Counted from the stretch's first letter, positions 24,301-39,300 are shown. The stretch: 46,219 nucleotides of DNA from Nemertoderma westbladi (GCA_032718475.1 JAUCBJ010001637.1:1-46219), one strand, 5' to 3'. A program made the numbers and translations. The notes: generated from the letters alone by a model not told the origin.

Positions 24301-27300
24301 GAGTTAGTGTAAGGAGTTCAACTTAACGGTGAGTTAGTGTAAGGAGTTCAACTTAACGGTGAGTTAGTGTAATGAGTTCAACTCAACGGTGAGTTAGTGT
24401 AAGGAGTTCCAACTGTGAGTTAGTGTAAGGACTTCTACTCAACGGTGAGTTAGTGTAAGGAGTTCTACTCAACGGTGAGTTAGTGTAAGGAGTTCTACTC
24501 AACGGTGAGTTAGTGTAAGGAGTTCTACTCAACGGTGAGTTAGTGTAAGGAGTTCAACTCAACGGTGAGTTAGTGTAAGGACTTTTACTCAACGGTGAGA
24601 TAGTGTAAGGAGTTCTACTCAACGGTGAGTTAGTCTAAGGACTTCTACTCAACGGTGAGTTAGTGTAAGGAGTTCTAACGGTGAGTTAGTGTAAGGAGTT
24701 CTACTCAACGGTGAGTTAGTGTAAGGAGTTCTACTCAACGGTGAGTTAGTGTAAGGAGTTCAACTCAACGGCGAGTTAATGTAAGGAGTTCCAACGGTGA
24801 GTTAGTGTAAGGACTTTTACTCAACGGTGAGTTAGTGTAAGAGTTCTACTCAACGGTGAGTTAGTGTAAGGAGTTCTACTCAACGGTGAGTTAGTGTAAG
24901 GAGTTCTACTCAACGGTGAGTTAGTGTAAGGAGTTCTACTCAACGGTGAGTTAGTGTAAGGAGTTCTACTCAACGGTGAGTTAGTGTAAGGAGTTCAACT
25001 CAACGGCGAGTTAATGTAAGGAGTTCCAACGGTGAGTTAGTGTAAGGACTTTTACTCAACGGTGAGTTAGTGTAAGGAGTTCTACTCAACGGTGAGTTAG
25101 TGTAAGGAGTTCTACTCAACGGTGAGTTAGTGTAAGGAGTTCTACTCAACGGTGAGTTAGTGTAAGGAGTTCCAACGGTGAGTTAGTGTAAGGACTTTTA
25201 CTCAACGGTGAGTTAGTGTAAGGAGTTCTACTCAACGGTGAGTTAGTGTAAGGAGTTCTACTCAACGGTGAGTTAGTGTAAGGAGTTCTACTCAACGGTG
25301 AGTTAGTGTAAGGAGTTCTACTCAACGGTGAGTTAGTGTAAGGAGTTCCAACGGTGAGTTACTGTAAGGAGTTCAACTTAACGGTGAGTTAGTGTAAGGA
25401 GTTCCAACGGTGAGTTAGTGTAAGGAGTTCTACTCAACGGTGAGTTAGTGTAAGGAGTTCTACTCAACGGTGAGTTAGTGTAAGGAGTTCCAACGGTGAG
25501 TTAGTGTAAGGAGTTATACTCAACGGTGAGTTAGTGTAAGAACTTCTACTCAACGGTGAGTTAATGTAAGGAGTTCCAACGGTGAGTTAGTGTAAGGAGT
25601 TCCAACGGTGAGTTACTGTAAGGAGTTCAACTTAACGGTGAGTTAGTGTAAGGAGTTCTACTCACGGTGAGTTAGTGTATGGAGTTCAACTTAACGGTGA
25701 GTTAGTGTAAGGTGTTCAACTCAACGATGAGTTAATGTAAGGAGTTCCAACGGTGAGTTAGTGTAAGGAGTTCTACTCAACGGTGAGTTAGTGTAAGGAG
25801 TTCTACTCAACGGTGAGTTAGTGTAAGGAGTTCCAACGGTGAGTTAGTGTAAGGAGTTCTACTCAACGATGAGTTACTGTAAGGAGTTCAACTCAACGGT
25901 GAGTTAGTGTAAGGAGTTCTACTCAACGGTGAGTTAATGTAAGGCGTTCCAACGGTGAGTTAGTGTAAGGAGTTCAACTTAACGGTGAGTTAGTGTAAGG
26001 AGTTCAACTTAACGGTGAGTTAGTGTAATGAGTTCAACTCAACGGTGAGTTAGTGTAAGGAGTTCCAACTGTGAGTTAGTGTAAGGACTTCTACTCAACG
26101 GTGAGTTAGTGTAAGGAGTTCTACTCAACGGTGAGTTAGTGTAAGGAGTTCTACTCAACGGTGAGTTAGTGTAAGGAGTTCTACTCAACGGTGAGTTAGT
26201 GTAAGGAGTTCAACTCAACGGTGAGTTAGTGTAAGGACTTTTACTCAACGGTGAGATAGTGTAAGGAGTTCTACTCAACGGTGAGTTAGTGTAAGGACTT
26301 CTACTCAACGGTGAGTTAGTGTAAGGAGTTCTAACGGTGAGTTAGTGTAAGGAGTTCTACTCAACGGTGAGTTAGTGTAAGGAGTTCTACTCAACGGTGA
26401 GTTAGTGTAAGGAGTTCCAACGGTGAGTTAGTGTAAGGAGTTCTACTCAACGGTGAGTTAGTGTAAGGACTTCTACTCAACGGTGAGTTAGTGTAAGGAG
26501 TTCTAACGGTGAGTTAGTGTAAGGAGTTCTACTCAACGGTGAGTTAGTGTAAGGAGTTCTACTCAACGGTGAGTTAGTGTAAGGAGTTCCAACGGTGAGT
26601 TAGTGTAAGGAGTTCTACTCAACGGTGAGTTAGTGTAAGGAGTTCAACTCAACGGCGAGTTAATGTAAGGAGTTCCAACGGTGAGTTAGTGTAAGGACTT
26701 TTACTCAACGGTGAGTTAGTGTAAGGAGTTCTACTCAACGGTGAGTTAGTGTAAGGAGTTCTACTCAACGGTGAGTTAGTGTAAGGAGTTCTACTCAACG
26801 GTGAGTTAGTGTAAGGAGTTCTACTCAACGGTGAGTTAGTGTAAGGAGTTCTACTCAACGGTGAGTTAGTGTAAGGAGTTCAACTCAACGGCGAGTTAAT
26901 GTAAGGAGTTCCAACGGTGAGTTAGTGTAAGGACTTTTACTCAACGGTGAGTTAGTGTAAGGAGTTCTACTCAACGGTGAGTTAGTGTAAGGAGTTCTAC
27001 TCAACGGTGAGTTAGTGTAAGGAGTTCTACTCAACGGTGAGTTAGTGTAAGGAGTTCCAACGGTGAGTTAGTGTAAGGACTTTTACTCAACGGTGAGTTA
27101 GTGTAAGGAGTTCTACTCAACGGTGAGTTAGTGTAAGGAGTTCTACTCAACGGTGAGTTAGTGTAAGGAGTTCTACTCAACGGTGAGTTAGTGTAAGGAG
27201 TTCTACTCAACGGTGAGTTAGTGTAAGGAGTTCCAACGGTGAGTTAGTGTAAGGACTTTTACTCAACGGTGAGTTAGTGTAAGGAGTTCTACTCAACGGT

Positions 27301-30300
27301 GAGTTAGTGTAAGGAGTTCTACTCAACGGTGAGTTAGTGTAAGGAGTTCTACTCAACGGTGAGTTAGTGTAAGGAGTTCAACTCAACGGTGAGTTAATGT
27401 AAGGAGTTCCAACGGTGAGTTAGTGTAAGGACTTCTACTCAACGGTGAGTTAGTGTAAGGACTTCTACTCAACGGTGAGTTAGTGTAAGGAGTTCTACTC
27501 AACGGTGAGTTAGTGTAAGGAGTTCTACTCAACGGTGAGTTAGTGTAAGGAGTTCTACTCAACGGTGAGTTAGTGTAAGAACTTCTACTCAACGGTGAGT
27601 TAATGTAAGGAGTTCCAACTGTGAGTTAGTGTAAGGACTTCTACTCAACGGTGAGTTACTGTAAGGAGTTCTACTCAACGGTGAGTTAGTGTAAGGAGTT
27701 CCAACGGTGAGTTACTGTAAGGAGTTCCAACGGTGAGTTAGTGTAAGGAGTTATACTCAACGGTGAGTTAGTGTAAGGAGTTCCAACGGTGAGTTACTGT
27801 AAGGAGTTCCAACGGTGAGTTAGTGTAAGGAGTTATACTCAACGGTGAGTTAGTGTAAGGACTTCTACTCAACGGTGAGTTAATGTAAGGAGTTCCAACG
27901 GTGAGTTAGTGTAAGGACTTCTACTCAACGGTGAGTTACTGTAAGGAGTTCTACTCAACGGTGAGTTAGTGTAAGGAGTTCTACTCAACGGTGAGTTAAT
28001 GTAAGGAGTTCCAACGGTGAGTTAGTGTAAGGAGTTCAACTCAACGGTGAGTTACTGTAAGGACTTCAACTCAACGGTGAGTTAGTGTAAGGAGTTCAAC
28101 TCAACGGTGAGTTACTGTAAGGAGTTCAACTCAACGGTGAGTTAGTGTAAGGAGTTCTACACAACGGTGAGTTAGTGTAAGGACTTCTACTCAACGGTGA
28201 GTTAATGTAAGGAGTTCTACACAACGGTGAGTTAATGTAAGGAGTTCCAACGGTGAGTTAATGTAAGGAGTTCCAACGGTGAGTTAGTGTAAGGAGTTAT
28301 ACTCAACGGTGAGTTAGTGTAAGGAGTTCCAACGGTGAGTTAATGTAAGGAGTTCCAACGGTGAGTTAGTGTAAGGACTTCTACTCAACGGTGAGTTAGT
28401 GTAAGGAGTTCTACTCAACGGTGAGATAGTGTAAGGAGTTCTACTCAACGGTGAGTTAGTGTAAGGAGTTCAACTCAACGGTGAGTTAATGTAAGGAGTT
28501 CCAACGGTGAGTTAGTGTAAGGACTTCTACTCAACGGTGAGTTAGTGTAAGGAGTTATACTCAACGGTGAGTTAGTGTAAGGAGTTCTACTCAACGGTGA
28601 GTTAGTGTACGGACTTCTACTCAACGGTGAGTTAATGTAAGGAGTTAAACTCAACGATGAGTTAGTGTAAGGAGTTCTACTCAACGGTGAGATAGTGTAA
28701 GGAGTTCTACTCAACGGTGAGTTAGTGTAAGGAGTTCAACTAAACGGTGAGTTAATGTAAGGAGTTCCAACGGTGAGTTAGTGTAAGGACTTCTACTCAA
28801 CGGTGAGTTAGTGTAAGGAGTTATACTCAACGGTGAGTTAGTGTAAGGAGTTCTACTCAACGGTGAGTTAGTGTACGGACTTCTACTCAACGGTGAGTTA
28901 ATGTAAGGAGTTCAACTCAACGGTGAGTTAGTGTAAGGAGTTCTACTCAACGGTGAGTTAGTGTAAGGAGTTCTACTCAACGGTGAGTTAGTGTAAGAAG
29001 TTCCAACGGTGAGTTAGTGTAAGGAGTTCTACTCAACGGTGAGTTAGTGTAAGGAGTTCCAACGGTGAGTTAGTGTAAGGAGTTCTACTCAACGGTGAGT
29101 TAGTGTAAGGAGTTCTACTCAACGGTGAGTTAGTGTAAGAAGTTCCAACGGTGAGTTAGTGTAAGGAGTTCTACTCAACGGTGAGTTAGTGTAAGGAGTT
29201 CCAACGGTGAGTTAGTGTAAGGAGTTCTACTCAACGGTGAGTTCGTGTAAGGAGTTCTACTCAACGGTGAGTTAGTGTAAGAAGTTCCAACGGTGAGTTA
29301 GTGTAAGGAGTTCTACTCAACGGTGAGTTAGTGTAAGGAGTTCCAACGGTGAGTTAGTGTAAGGACTTCTACTCAACGGTGAGTTAGTGTAAGGAGTTCT
29401 ACTAAACGGTGAGTTAATGTAAGGAGTTCCAACGGTGAGTTAATGTAAGGAGTTCTACTCAACGGTGAGTTAGTGTAAGGAGTTCTACTCAACGGTGAGT
29501 TAGTGTAAGAAGTTCCAACGGTGAGTTAGTGTAAGGAGTTCTACTCAACGGTGAGTTAGTGTAAGGAGTTCCAACGGTGAGTTAGTGTAAGGACTTCTAC
29601 TCAACGGTGAGTTAGTGTAAGGACTTCTACTCAACGGTGAGTTAGTGTAAGGACTTCTACTCAACGGTGAGTTAGTGTAAGGACTTCTACTCAACGGTGA
29701 GTTAGTGTAAGGACTTCTACTCAACGGTGAGTTAGTGTAAGGAGTTCTACTAAACGGTGAGTTAATGTAAGGCGTTCCAACGGTGAGTTAGTGTAAGGAG
29801 TTCAACTTAACGGTGAGTTAATGTAAGGAGTTCCAACGGTGAGTTACTGTAAGGAGTTCCAACGGTGAGTTAGTGTAAGGAGTTATACTCAACGGTGAGT
29901 TAGTGTAAGGACTTCTACTCAACGGTGAGTTAATGTAAGGAGTTCCAACGGTGAGTTAGTGTAAGGAGTTCTACTCAACGGTGAGTTAGTGTAAGGAGTT
30001 CTACTCAACGGTGAGTTAGTGTAAGGAGTTCTACTCAACGGTGAGTTAGTGTATGGAGTTCTACTCAACGGTGAGTTAGTGTAAGGAGTTCTACTCAACG
30101 GTGAGTTAGTGTAAGGAGTTCTACTCAACGGTGAGTTAGTGTAAGAACTTCTACTCAACGGTGAGTTAATGTAAGGAGTTCCAACTGTGAGTTAGTGTAA
30201 GGACTTCTACTCAACGGTGAGTTACTGTAAGGAGTTCTACTCAACGGTGAGTTAGTGTAAGGAGTTCTACTCAACGGTGAGTTAATGTAAGGAGTTCCAA

Positions 30301-33300
30301 CGGTGAGTTAGTGTAAGGAGTTCAACTCAACGGTGAGTTACTGTAAGGAGTTCAACTCAACGGCGAGTTAATGTAAGGAGTTCCAACGGTGAGTTAGTGT
30401 AAGGACTTTTACTCAACGGTGAGTTAGTGTAAGGAGTTCTACTCAACGGTGAGTTAGTGTAAGGAGTTCTACTCAACGGTGAGTTAGTGTAAGGAGTTCT
30501 ACTCAACGGTGAGTTAGTGTAAGGAGTTCTACTCAACGGTGAGTTAGTGTAAGGAGTTCTACTCAACGGTGAGTTAGTGTAAGGAGTTCAACTCAACGGC
30601 GAGTTAATGTAAGGAGTTCCAACGGTGAGTTAGTGTAAGGACTTTTACTCAACGGTGAGTTAGTGTAAGGAGTTCTACTCAACGGTGAGTTAGTGTAAGG
30701 AGTTCTACTCAACGGTGAGTTAGTGTAAGGAGTTCTACTCAACGGTGAGTTAGTGTAAGGAGTTCCAACGGTGAGTTAGTGTAAGGACTTTTACTCAACG
30801 GTGAGTTAGTGTAAGGAGTTCTACTCAACGGTGAGTTAGTGTAAGGAGTTCTACTCAACGGTGAGTTAGTGTAAGGAGTTCTACTCAACGGTGAGTTAGT
30901 GTAAGGAGTTCTACTCAACGGTGAGTTAGTGTAAGGAGTTCCAACGGTGAGTTAGTGTAAGGACTTTTACTCAACGGTGAGTTAGTGTAAGGAGTTCTAC
31001 TCAACGGTGAGTTAGTGTAAGGAGTTCTACTCAACGGTGAGTTAGTGTAAGGAGTTCTACTCAACGGTGAGTTAGTGTAAGGAGTTCAACTCAACGGTGA
31101 GTTAATGTAAGGAGTTCCAACGGTGAGTTAGTGTAAGGACTTCTACTCAACGGTGAGTTAGTGTAAGGACTTCTACTCAACGGTGAGTTAGTGTAAGGAG
31201 TTCTACTCAACGGTGAGTTAGTGTAAGGAGTTCTACTCAACGGTGAGTTAGTGTAAGGAGTTCTACTCAACGGTGAGTTAATGTAAGGAGTTCCAACTGT
31301 GAGTTAGTGTAAGGACTTCTACTCAACGGTGAGTTACTGTAAGGAGTTCTACTCAACGGTGAGTTAGTGTAAGGAGTTCCAACGGTGAGTTACTGTAAGG
31401 AGTTCCAACGGTGAGTTAATGTAAGGAGTTCCAACGGTGAGTTAGTGTAAGGAGTTCTACTCAACGGTGAGTTAGTGTAAGGAGTTCCAACGGTGAGTTA
31501 ATGTAAGGAGTTCCAACGGTGAGTTAGTGTAAGGACTTCTACTCAACGGTGAGTTAGTGTAAGGAGTTCTACTCAACGGTGAGATAGTGTAAGGAGTTCT
31601 ACTCAACGGTGTGTTAGTGTAAGGAGTTCAACTCAACGGTGAGTTAATGTAAGGAGTTCCAACGGTGAGTTAGTGTAAGGACTTCTACTCAACGGTGAGT
31701 TAGTGTAAGGAGTTATACTCAACGGTGAGTTAGTGTAAGGAGTTCTACTCAACGGTGAGTTAGTGTACGGACTTCTACTCAACGGTGAGTTAATGTAAGG
31801 AGTTAAACTCAACGATGAGTTAGTGTAAGGAGTTCTACTCAACGGTGAGATAGTGTAAGGAGTTCTACTCAACGGTGAGTTAGTGTAAGGAGTTCAACTA
31901 AACGGTGAGTTAATGTAAGGAGTTCCAACGGTGAGTTAGTGTAAGGACTTCTACTCAACGGTGAGTTAGTGTAAGGAGTTATACTCAACGGTGAGTTAGT
32001 GTAAGGAGTTCTACTCAACGGTGAGTTAGTGTACGGACTTCTACTCAACGGTGAGTTAATGTAAGGAGTTCAACTCAACGGTGAGTTAGTGTAAGGAGTT
32101 CTACTCAACGGTGAGTTAGTGTAAGGAGTTCTACTCAACGGTGAGTTAGTGTAAGAAGTTCCAACGGTGAGTTAGTGTAAGGAGTTCTACTCAACGGTGA
32201 GTTAGTGTAAGGAGTTCCAACGGTGAGTTAGTGTAAGGAGTTCTACTCAACGGTGAGTTAGTGTAAGGAGTTCTAACGGTGAGTTAGTGTAAGGAGTTCT
32301 ACTCAACGGTGAGTTAGTGTAAGGAGTTCTACTCAACGGTGAGTTAGTGTAAGGAGTTCCAACGGTGAGTTAGTGTAAGGAGTTCTACTCAACGGTGAGT
32401 TAGTGTAAGGAGTTCAACTCAACGGCGAGTTAATGTAAGGAGTTCCAACGGTGAGTTAGTGTAAGGACTTTTACTCAACGGTGAGTTAGTGTAAGGAGTT
32501 CTACTCAACGGTGAGTTAGTGTAAGGAGTTCTACTCAACGGTGAGTTAGTGTAAGGAGTTCTACTCAACGGTGAGTTAGTGTAAGGAGTTCTACTCAACG
32601 GTGAGTTAGTGTAAGGAGTTCTACTCAACGGTGAGTTAGTGTAAGGAGTTCAACTCAACGGCGAGTTAATGTAAGGAGTTCCAACGGTGAGTTAGTGTAA
32701 GGACTTTTACTCAACGGTGAGTTAGTGTAAGGAGTTCTACTCAACGGTGAGTTAGTGTAAGGAGTTCTACTCAACGGTGAGTTAGTGTAAGGAGTTCTAC
32801 TCAACGGTGAGTTAGTGTAAGGAGTTCCAACGGTGAGTTAGTGTAAGGACTTTTACTCAACGGTGAGTTAGTGTAAGGAGTTCTACTCAACGGTGAGTTA
32901 GTGTAAGGAGTTCTACTCAACGGTGAGTTAGTGTAAGGAGTTCTACTCAACGGTGAGTTAGTGTAAGGAGTTCTACTCAACGGTGAGTTAGTGTAAGGAG
33001 TTCCAACGGTGAGTTAGTGTAAGGACTTTTACTCAACGGTGAGTTAGTGTAAGGAGTTCTACTCAACGGTGAGTTAGTGTAAGGAGTTCTACTCAACGGT
33101 GAGTTAGTGTAAGGAGTTCTACTCAACGGTGAGTTAGTGTAAGGAGTTCAACTCAACGGTGAGTTAATGTAAGGAGTTCCAACGGTGAGTTAGTGTAAGG
33201 ACTTCTACTCAACGGTGAGTTAGTGTAAGGACTTCTACTCAACGGTGAGTTAGTGTAAGGAGTTCTACTCAACGGTGAGTTAGTGTAAGGAGTTCTACTC

Positions 33301-36300
33301 AACGGTGAGTTAGTGTAAGGAGTTCTACTCAACGGTGAGTTAGTGTAAGAACTTCTACTCAACGGTGAGTTAATGTAAGGAGTTCCAACTGTGAGTTAGT
33401 GTAAGGACTTCTACTCAACGGTGAGTTACTGTAAGGAGTTCTACTCAACGGTGAGTTAGTGTAAGGAGTTCCAACGGTGAGTTACTGTAAGGAGTTCCAA
33501 CGGTGAGTTAGTGTAAGGAGTTATACTCAACGGTGAGTTAGTGTAAGGAGTTCCAACGGTGAGTTACTGTAAGGAGTTCCAACGGTGAGTTAGTGTAAGG
33601 AGTTATACTCAACGGTGAGTTAGTGTAAGGACTTCTACTCAACGGTGAGTTAATGTAAGGAGTTCCAACGGTGAGTTAGTGTAAGGACTTCTACTCAACG
33701 GTGAGTTACTGTAAGGAGTTCTACTCAACGGTGAGTTAGTGTAAGGAGTTCTACTCAACGGTGAGTTAATGTAAGGAGTTCCAACGGTGAGTTAGTGTAA
33801 GGAGTTCAACTCAACGGTGAGTTACTGTAAGGACTTCAACTCAACGGTGAGTTAGTGTAAGGAGTTCAACTCAACGGTGAGTTACTGTAAGGAGTTCAAC
33901 TCAACGGTGAGTTAGTGTAAGGAGTTCTACACAACGGTGAGTTAGTGTAAGGACTTCTACTCAACGGTGAGTTAATGTAAGGAGTTCTACACAACGGTGA
34001 GTTAATGTAAGGAGTTCCAACGGTGAGTTAATGTAAGGAGTTCCAACGGTGAGTTAGTGTAAGGAGTTCTACTCAACGGTGAGTTAGTGTAAGGAGTTCC
34101 AACGGTGAGTTAATGTAAGGAGTTCCAACGGTGAGTTAGTGTAAGGACTTCTACTCAACGGTGAGTTAGTGTAAGGAGTTCTACTCAACGGTGAGATAGT
34201 GTAAGGAGTTCTACTCAACGGTGAGTTAGTGTAAGGAGTTCAACTCAACGGTGAGTTAATGTAAGGAGTTCCAACGGTGAGTTAGTGTAAGGACTTCTAC
34301 TCAACGGTGAGTTAGTGTAAGGAGTTATACTCAACGGTGAGTTAGTGTAAGGAGTTCTACTCAACGGTGAGTTAGTGTACGGACTTCTACTCAACGGTGA
34401 GTTAATGTAAGGAGTTAAACTCAACGATGAGTTAGTGTAAGGAGTTCTACTCAACGGTGAGATAGTGTAAGGAGTTCTACTCAACGGTGAGTTAGTGTAA
34501 GGAGTTCAACTAAACGGTGAGTTAATGTAAGGAGTTCCAACGGTGAGTTAGTGTAAGGACTTCTACTCAACGGTGAGTTAGTGTAAGGAGTTATACTCAA
34601 CGGTGAGTTAGTGTAAGGAGTTCTACTCAACGGTGAGTTAGTGTACGGACTTCTACTCAACGGTGAGTTAATGTAAGGAGTTCAACTCAACGGTGAGTTA
34701 GTGTAAGGAGTTCTACTCAACGGTGAGTTAGTGTAAGGAGTTCTACTCAACGGTGAGTTAGTGTAAGAAGTTCCAACGGTGAGTTAGTGTAAGGAGTTCT
34801 ACTCAACGGTGAGTTAGTGTAAGGAGTTCCAACGGTGAGTTAGTGTAAGGAGTTCTACTCAACGGTGAGTTAGTGTAAGGAGTTCTACTCAACGGTGAGT
34901 TAGTGTAAGAAGTTCCAACGGTGAGTTAGTGTAAGGAGTTCTACTCAACGGTGAGTTAGTGTAAGGAGTTCCAACGGTGAGTTAGTGTAAGGAGTTCTAC
35001 TCAACGGTGAGTTCGTGTAAGGAGTTCTACTCAACGGTGAGTTAGTGTAAGAAGTTCCAACGGTGAGTTAGTGTAAGGAGTTCTACTCAACGGTGAGTTA
35101 GTGTAAGGAGTTCCAACGGTGAGTTAGTGTAAGGACTTCTACTCAACGGTGAGTTAGTGTAAGGAGTTCTACTAAACGGTGAGTTAATGTAAGGAGTTCC
35201 AACGGTGAGTTAATGTAAGGAGTTCTACTCAACGGTGAGTTAGTGTAAGGAGTTCTACTCAACGGTGAGTTAGTGTAAGAAGTTCCAACGGTGAGTTAGT
35301 GTAAGGAGTTCTACTCAACGGTGAGTTAGTGTAAGGAGTTCCAACGGTGAGTTAGTGTAAGGACTTCTACTCAACGGTGAGTTAGTGTAAGGACTTCTAC
35401 TCAACGGTGAGTTAGTGTAAGGACTTCTACTCAACGGTGAGTTAGTGTAAGGACTTCTACTCAACGGTGAGTTAGTGTAAGGACTTCTACTCAACGGTGA
35501 GTTAGTGTAAGGAGTTCTACTAAACGGTGAGTTAATGTAAGGCGTTCCAACGGTGAGTTAGTGTAAGGAGTTCAACTTAACGGTGAGTTAATGTAAGGAG
35601 TTCCAACGGTGAGTTACTGTAAGGAGTTCCAACGGTGAGTTAGTGTAAGGAGTTATACTCAACGGTGAGTTAGTGTAAGGACTTCTACTCAACGGTGAGT
35701 TAATGTAAGGAGTTCCAACGGTGAGTTAGTGTAAGGAGTTCTACTCAACGGTGAGTTAGTGTAAGGAGTTCTACTCAACGGTGAGTTAGTGTAAGGAGTT
35801 CTACTCAACGGTGAGTTAGTGTATGGAGTTCTACTCAACGGTGAGTTAGTGTAAGGAGTTCTACTCAACGGTGAGTTAGTGTAAGGAGTTATACTCAACG
35901 GTGAGTTAGTGTAAGAACTTCTACTCAACGGTGAGTTAATGTAAGGAGTTCCAACTGTGAGTTAGTGTAAGGACTTCTACTCAACGGTGAGTTACTGTAA
36001 GGAGTTCTACTCAACGGTGAGTTAGTGTAAGGAGTTCTACTCAACGGTGAGTTAATGTAAGGAGTTCCAACGGTGAGTTAGTGTAAGGAGTTCAACTCAA
36101 CGGTGAGTTACTGTAAGGAGTTCAACTCAACGGTGAGTTAGTGTAAGGAGTTCAACTCAACGGTGAGTTAGTGTAAGGAGTTATACTCAACGGTGAGTTA
36201 GTGTAAGGAGTTCTACTCAACGGTGAGTTAGTGTAAGAACTTCTACTCAACGGTGAGTTAATGTAAGGAGTTCCAACTGTGAGTTAATGTAAGGAGTTCC

Positions 36301-39300
36301 AACGGTGAGTTAGTGTAAGGAGTTCTACTCAACGGTGAGTTAGTGTAAGGAGTTCCAACGGTGAGTTAGTGTAAGGAGTTCTACTCAACGGTGAGTTAGT
36401 GTAAGGAGTTCTACTCAACGGTGAGTTAGTGTAAGGAGTTCTACTCAACGGTGAGTTAATGTAAGGAGTTCCAACGGTGAGTTAGTGTAAGGAGTTCTAC
36501 TCAACGGTGAGTTAGTGTAAGGAGTTCAACTCAACGGTGAGTTAGTGTAAGGAGTTCAACTCAACGGTGAGTTAGTGTAAGGAGTTCTACACAACGGTGA
36601 GTTAGTGTAAGGAGTTCTACACAACGGTGAGTTAGTGTAAGGAGTTCTACACAACAGTGAGTTAGTGTAAGGAGTTCAACTTAACGGTGAGTTAATGTAA
36701 GGCGTTCCAACGGTGAGTTAGTGTAAGGAGTTCTACTCAACGGTGAGTTAATGTAAGGAGTTCCAACGGTGAGTTAGTGTAAGGAGTTATACTCAACGGT
36801 GAGTTAGTGTAAGGAGTTCTACTCAACGGTGAGTTAGTGTAAGGAGTTCTACTCAACGGTGAGTTAGTGTAAGAACTTCTACTCAACGGTGAGTTAGTGT
36901 AAGGACTTCTACTCAACGGTGAGTTAATGTAAGGAGTTCCAACGGTGAGTTAGTGTAAGGAGTTCTACTCAACGGTGAGTTAGTGTAAGGAGTTCTACTC
37001 AACGGTGAGTTAGTGTAAGGAGTTCTACTCAACGGTGAGTTAGTGTAAGAACTTCTACTCAACGGTGAGTTAATGTAAGGAGTTCCAACTGTGAGTTAGT
37101 GTAAGGACTTCTACTCAACGGTGAGTTACTGTAAGGAGTTCTACTCAACGGTGAGTTAGTGTAAGGAGTTCTACTCAACGGTGAGTTAATGTAAGGAGTT
37201 CCAACGGTGAGTTAGTGTAAGGAGTTCCAACGGTGAGTTAGTGTAAGGAGTTCTACTCAACGGTGAGTTAGTGTAAGGAGTTCAACTCAACGGTGAGTTA
37301 CTGTAAGGAGTTCAACTCAACGGTGAGTTAGTGTAAGGAGTTCAACTCAACGGTGAGTTAGTGTAAGGAGTTATACTCAACGGTGAGTTAGTGTAAGGAG
37401 TTCTACTCAACGGTGAGTTAGTGTAAGAACTTCTACTCAACGGTGAGTTAATGTAAGGAGTTCTACTAAACGGTGAGTTAGTGTAAGGAGTTCTACTCAC
37501 GGTGAGTTAATGTAAGGAGTTCTACTAAACGGTGAGTTACTGTAAGGAGTTCTACTCAACGGTGAGTTAGTGTAAGGAGTTCTACTCAACGGTGAGTTAA
37601 TGTAAGGAGTTCCAACGGTGAGTTAGTGTAAGGAGTTCCAACGGTGAGTTAGTGTAAGGAGTTATACTCAACGGTGAGTTAGTGTAAGGAGTTCTACTCA
37701 ACGGTGAGTTAGTGTAAGGAGTTCTACTCAACGGTGAGTTAGTGTAAGAACTTCTACTCAACGGTGAGTTAATGTAAGGAGTTCCAACTGTGAGTTAGTG
37801 TAAGGACTTCTACTCAACGGTGAGTTACTGTAAGGAGTTCAACTCAACGGTGAGTTAATGTAAGGAGTTCCAACGGTGAGTTAGTGTAAGGACTTCTACT
37901 CAACGGTGAGTTAATGTAAGGAGTTCCAACGGTGAGTTAATGTAAGGAGTTCTACTCAACGGTGAGTTAGTGTAAGGAGTTCTACTCAACGGTGAGTTAG
38001 TGTAAGGAGTTCTACTCAACGGTGAGTTAGTGTAAGGAGTTCAACTCAACGGTGAGTTAGTGTAAGGACTTTTACTCAACGGTGAGATAGTGTAAGGAGT
38101 TCTACTCAACGGTGAGTTAGTGTAAGGACTTCTACTCAACGGTGAGTTAGTGTAAGGAGTTCTAACGGTGAGTTAGTGTAAGGAGTTATACTCAACGGTG
38201 AGTTAATGTAAGGAGTTCCAACGGTGAGTTAGTGTAAGGACTTTTACTCAACGGTGAGTTAGTGTAAGGAGTTCTACTCAACGGTGAGTTAGTGTAAGGA
38301 CTTTTACTCAACGGTGAGATAGTGTAAGGAGTTCTACTCAACGGTGAGTTAGTGTAAGGACTTCTACTCAACGGTGAGTTAGTGTAAGTAGTTCTAACGG
38401 TGAGTTAGTGTAAGGAGTTATACTCAACGGTGAGTTAATGTAAGGAGTTCTAACGGTGAGTTAGTGTAAGGAGTTATACTCAACGGTGAGTTAATGTAAG
38501 GAGTTCCAACGGTGAGTTAGTGTAAGGAGTTCAACTCAACGGTGAGTTAGTGTAAGGAGTTCCAACGGTGAGTTAGTGTAAGGAGTTCTACTCAACGGTG
38601 AGTTAGTGTAAGGAGTTATACTCAACGGTGAGTTAGTGTAAGGAGTTCTACTCAACGGTTAGTTAGTGTAAGGAGTTCCAACGGTGAGTTAGTGTAAGGA
38701 CTTTTACTCAACGGTGAGTTAGTGTAAGGAGTTCTACTCAACGGTGAGTTAGTGTAAGGAGTTCTACTCAACGGTGAGTTAGTGTAAGGAGTTCTACTCA
38801 ACGGTGAGTTAGTGTAAGGAGTTCTACTCAACGGTGAGTTAGTGTAAGGAGTTCCAACGGTGAGTTAGTGTAAGGACTTTTACTCAACGGTGAGTTAGTG
38901 TAAGGAGTTCTACTCAACGGTGAGTTAGTGTAATGAGTTCTACTCAACGGTGAGTTAGTGTAAGGAGTTCTACTCAACGGTGAGTTAGTGTAAGGAGTTC
39001 AACTCAACGGTGAGTTAATGTAAGGAGTTCCAACGGTGAGTTAGTGTAAGGACTTCTACTCAACGGTGAGTTAGTGTAAGAACTTCTACTCAACGGTGAG
39101 TTAATGTAAGGAGTTCCAACTGTGAGTTAGTGTAAGGACTTCTACTCAACGGTGAGTTACTGTAAGGAGTTCAACTCAACGGTGAGTTAATGTAAGGAGT
39201 TCCAACGGTGAGTTAGTGTAAGGACTTCTACTCAACGGTGAGTTAATGTAAGGAGTTCCAACGGTGAGTTAATGTAAGGAGTTCTACTCAACGGTGAGTT

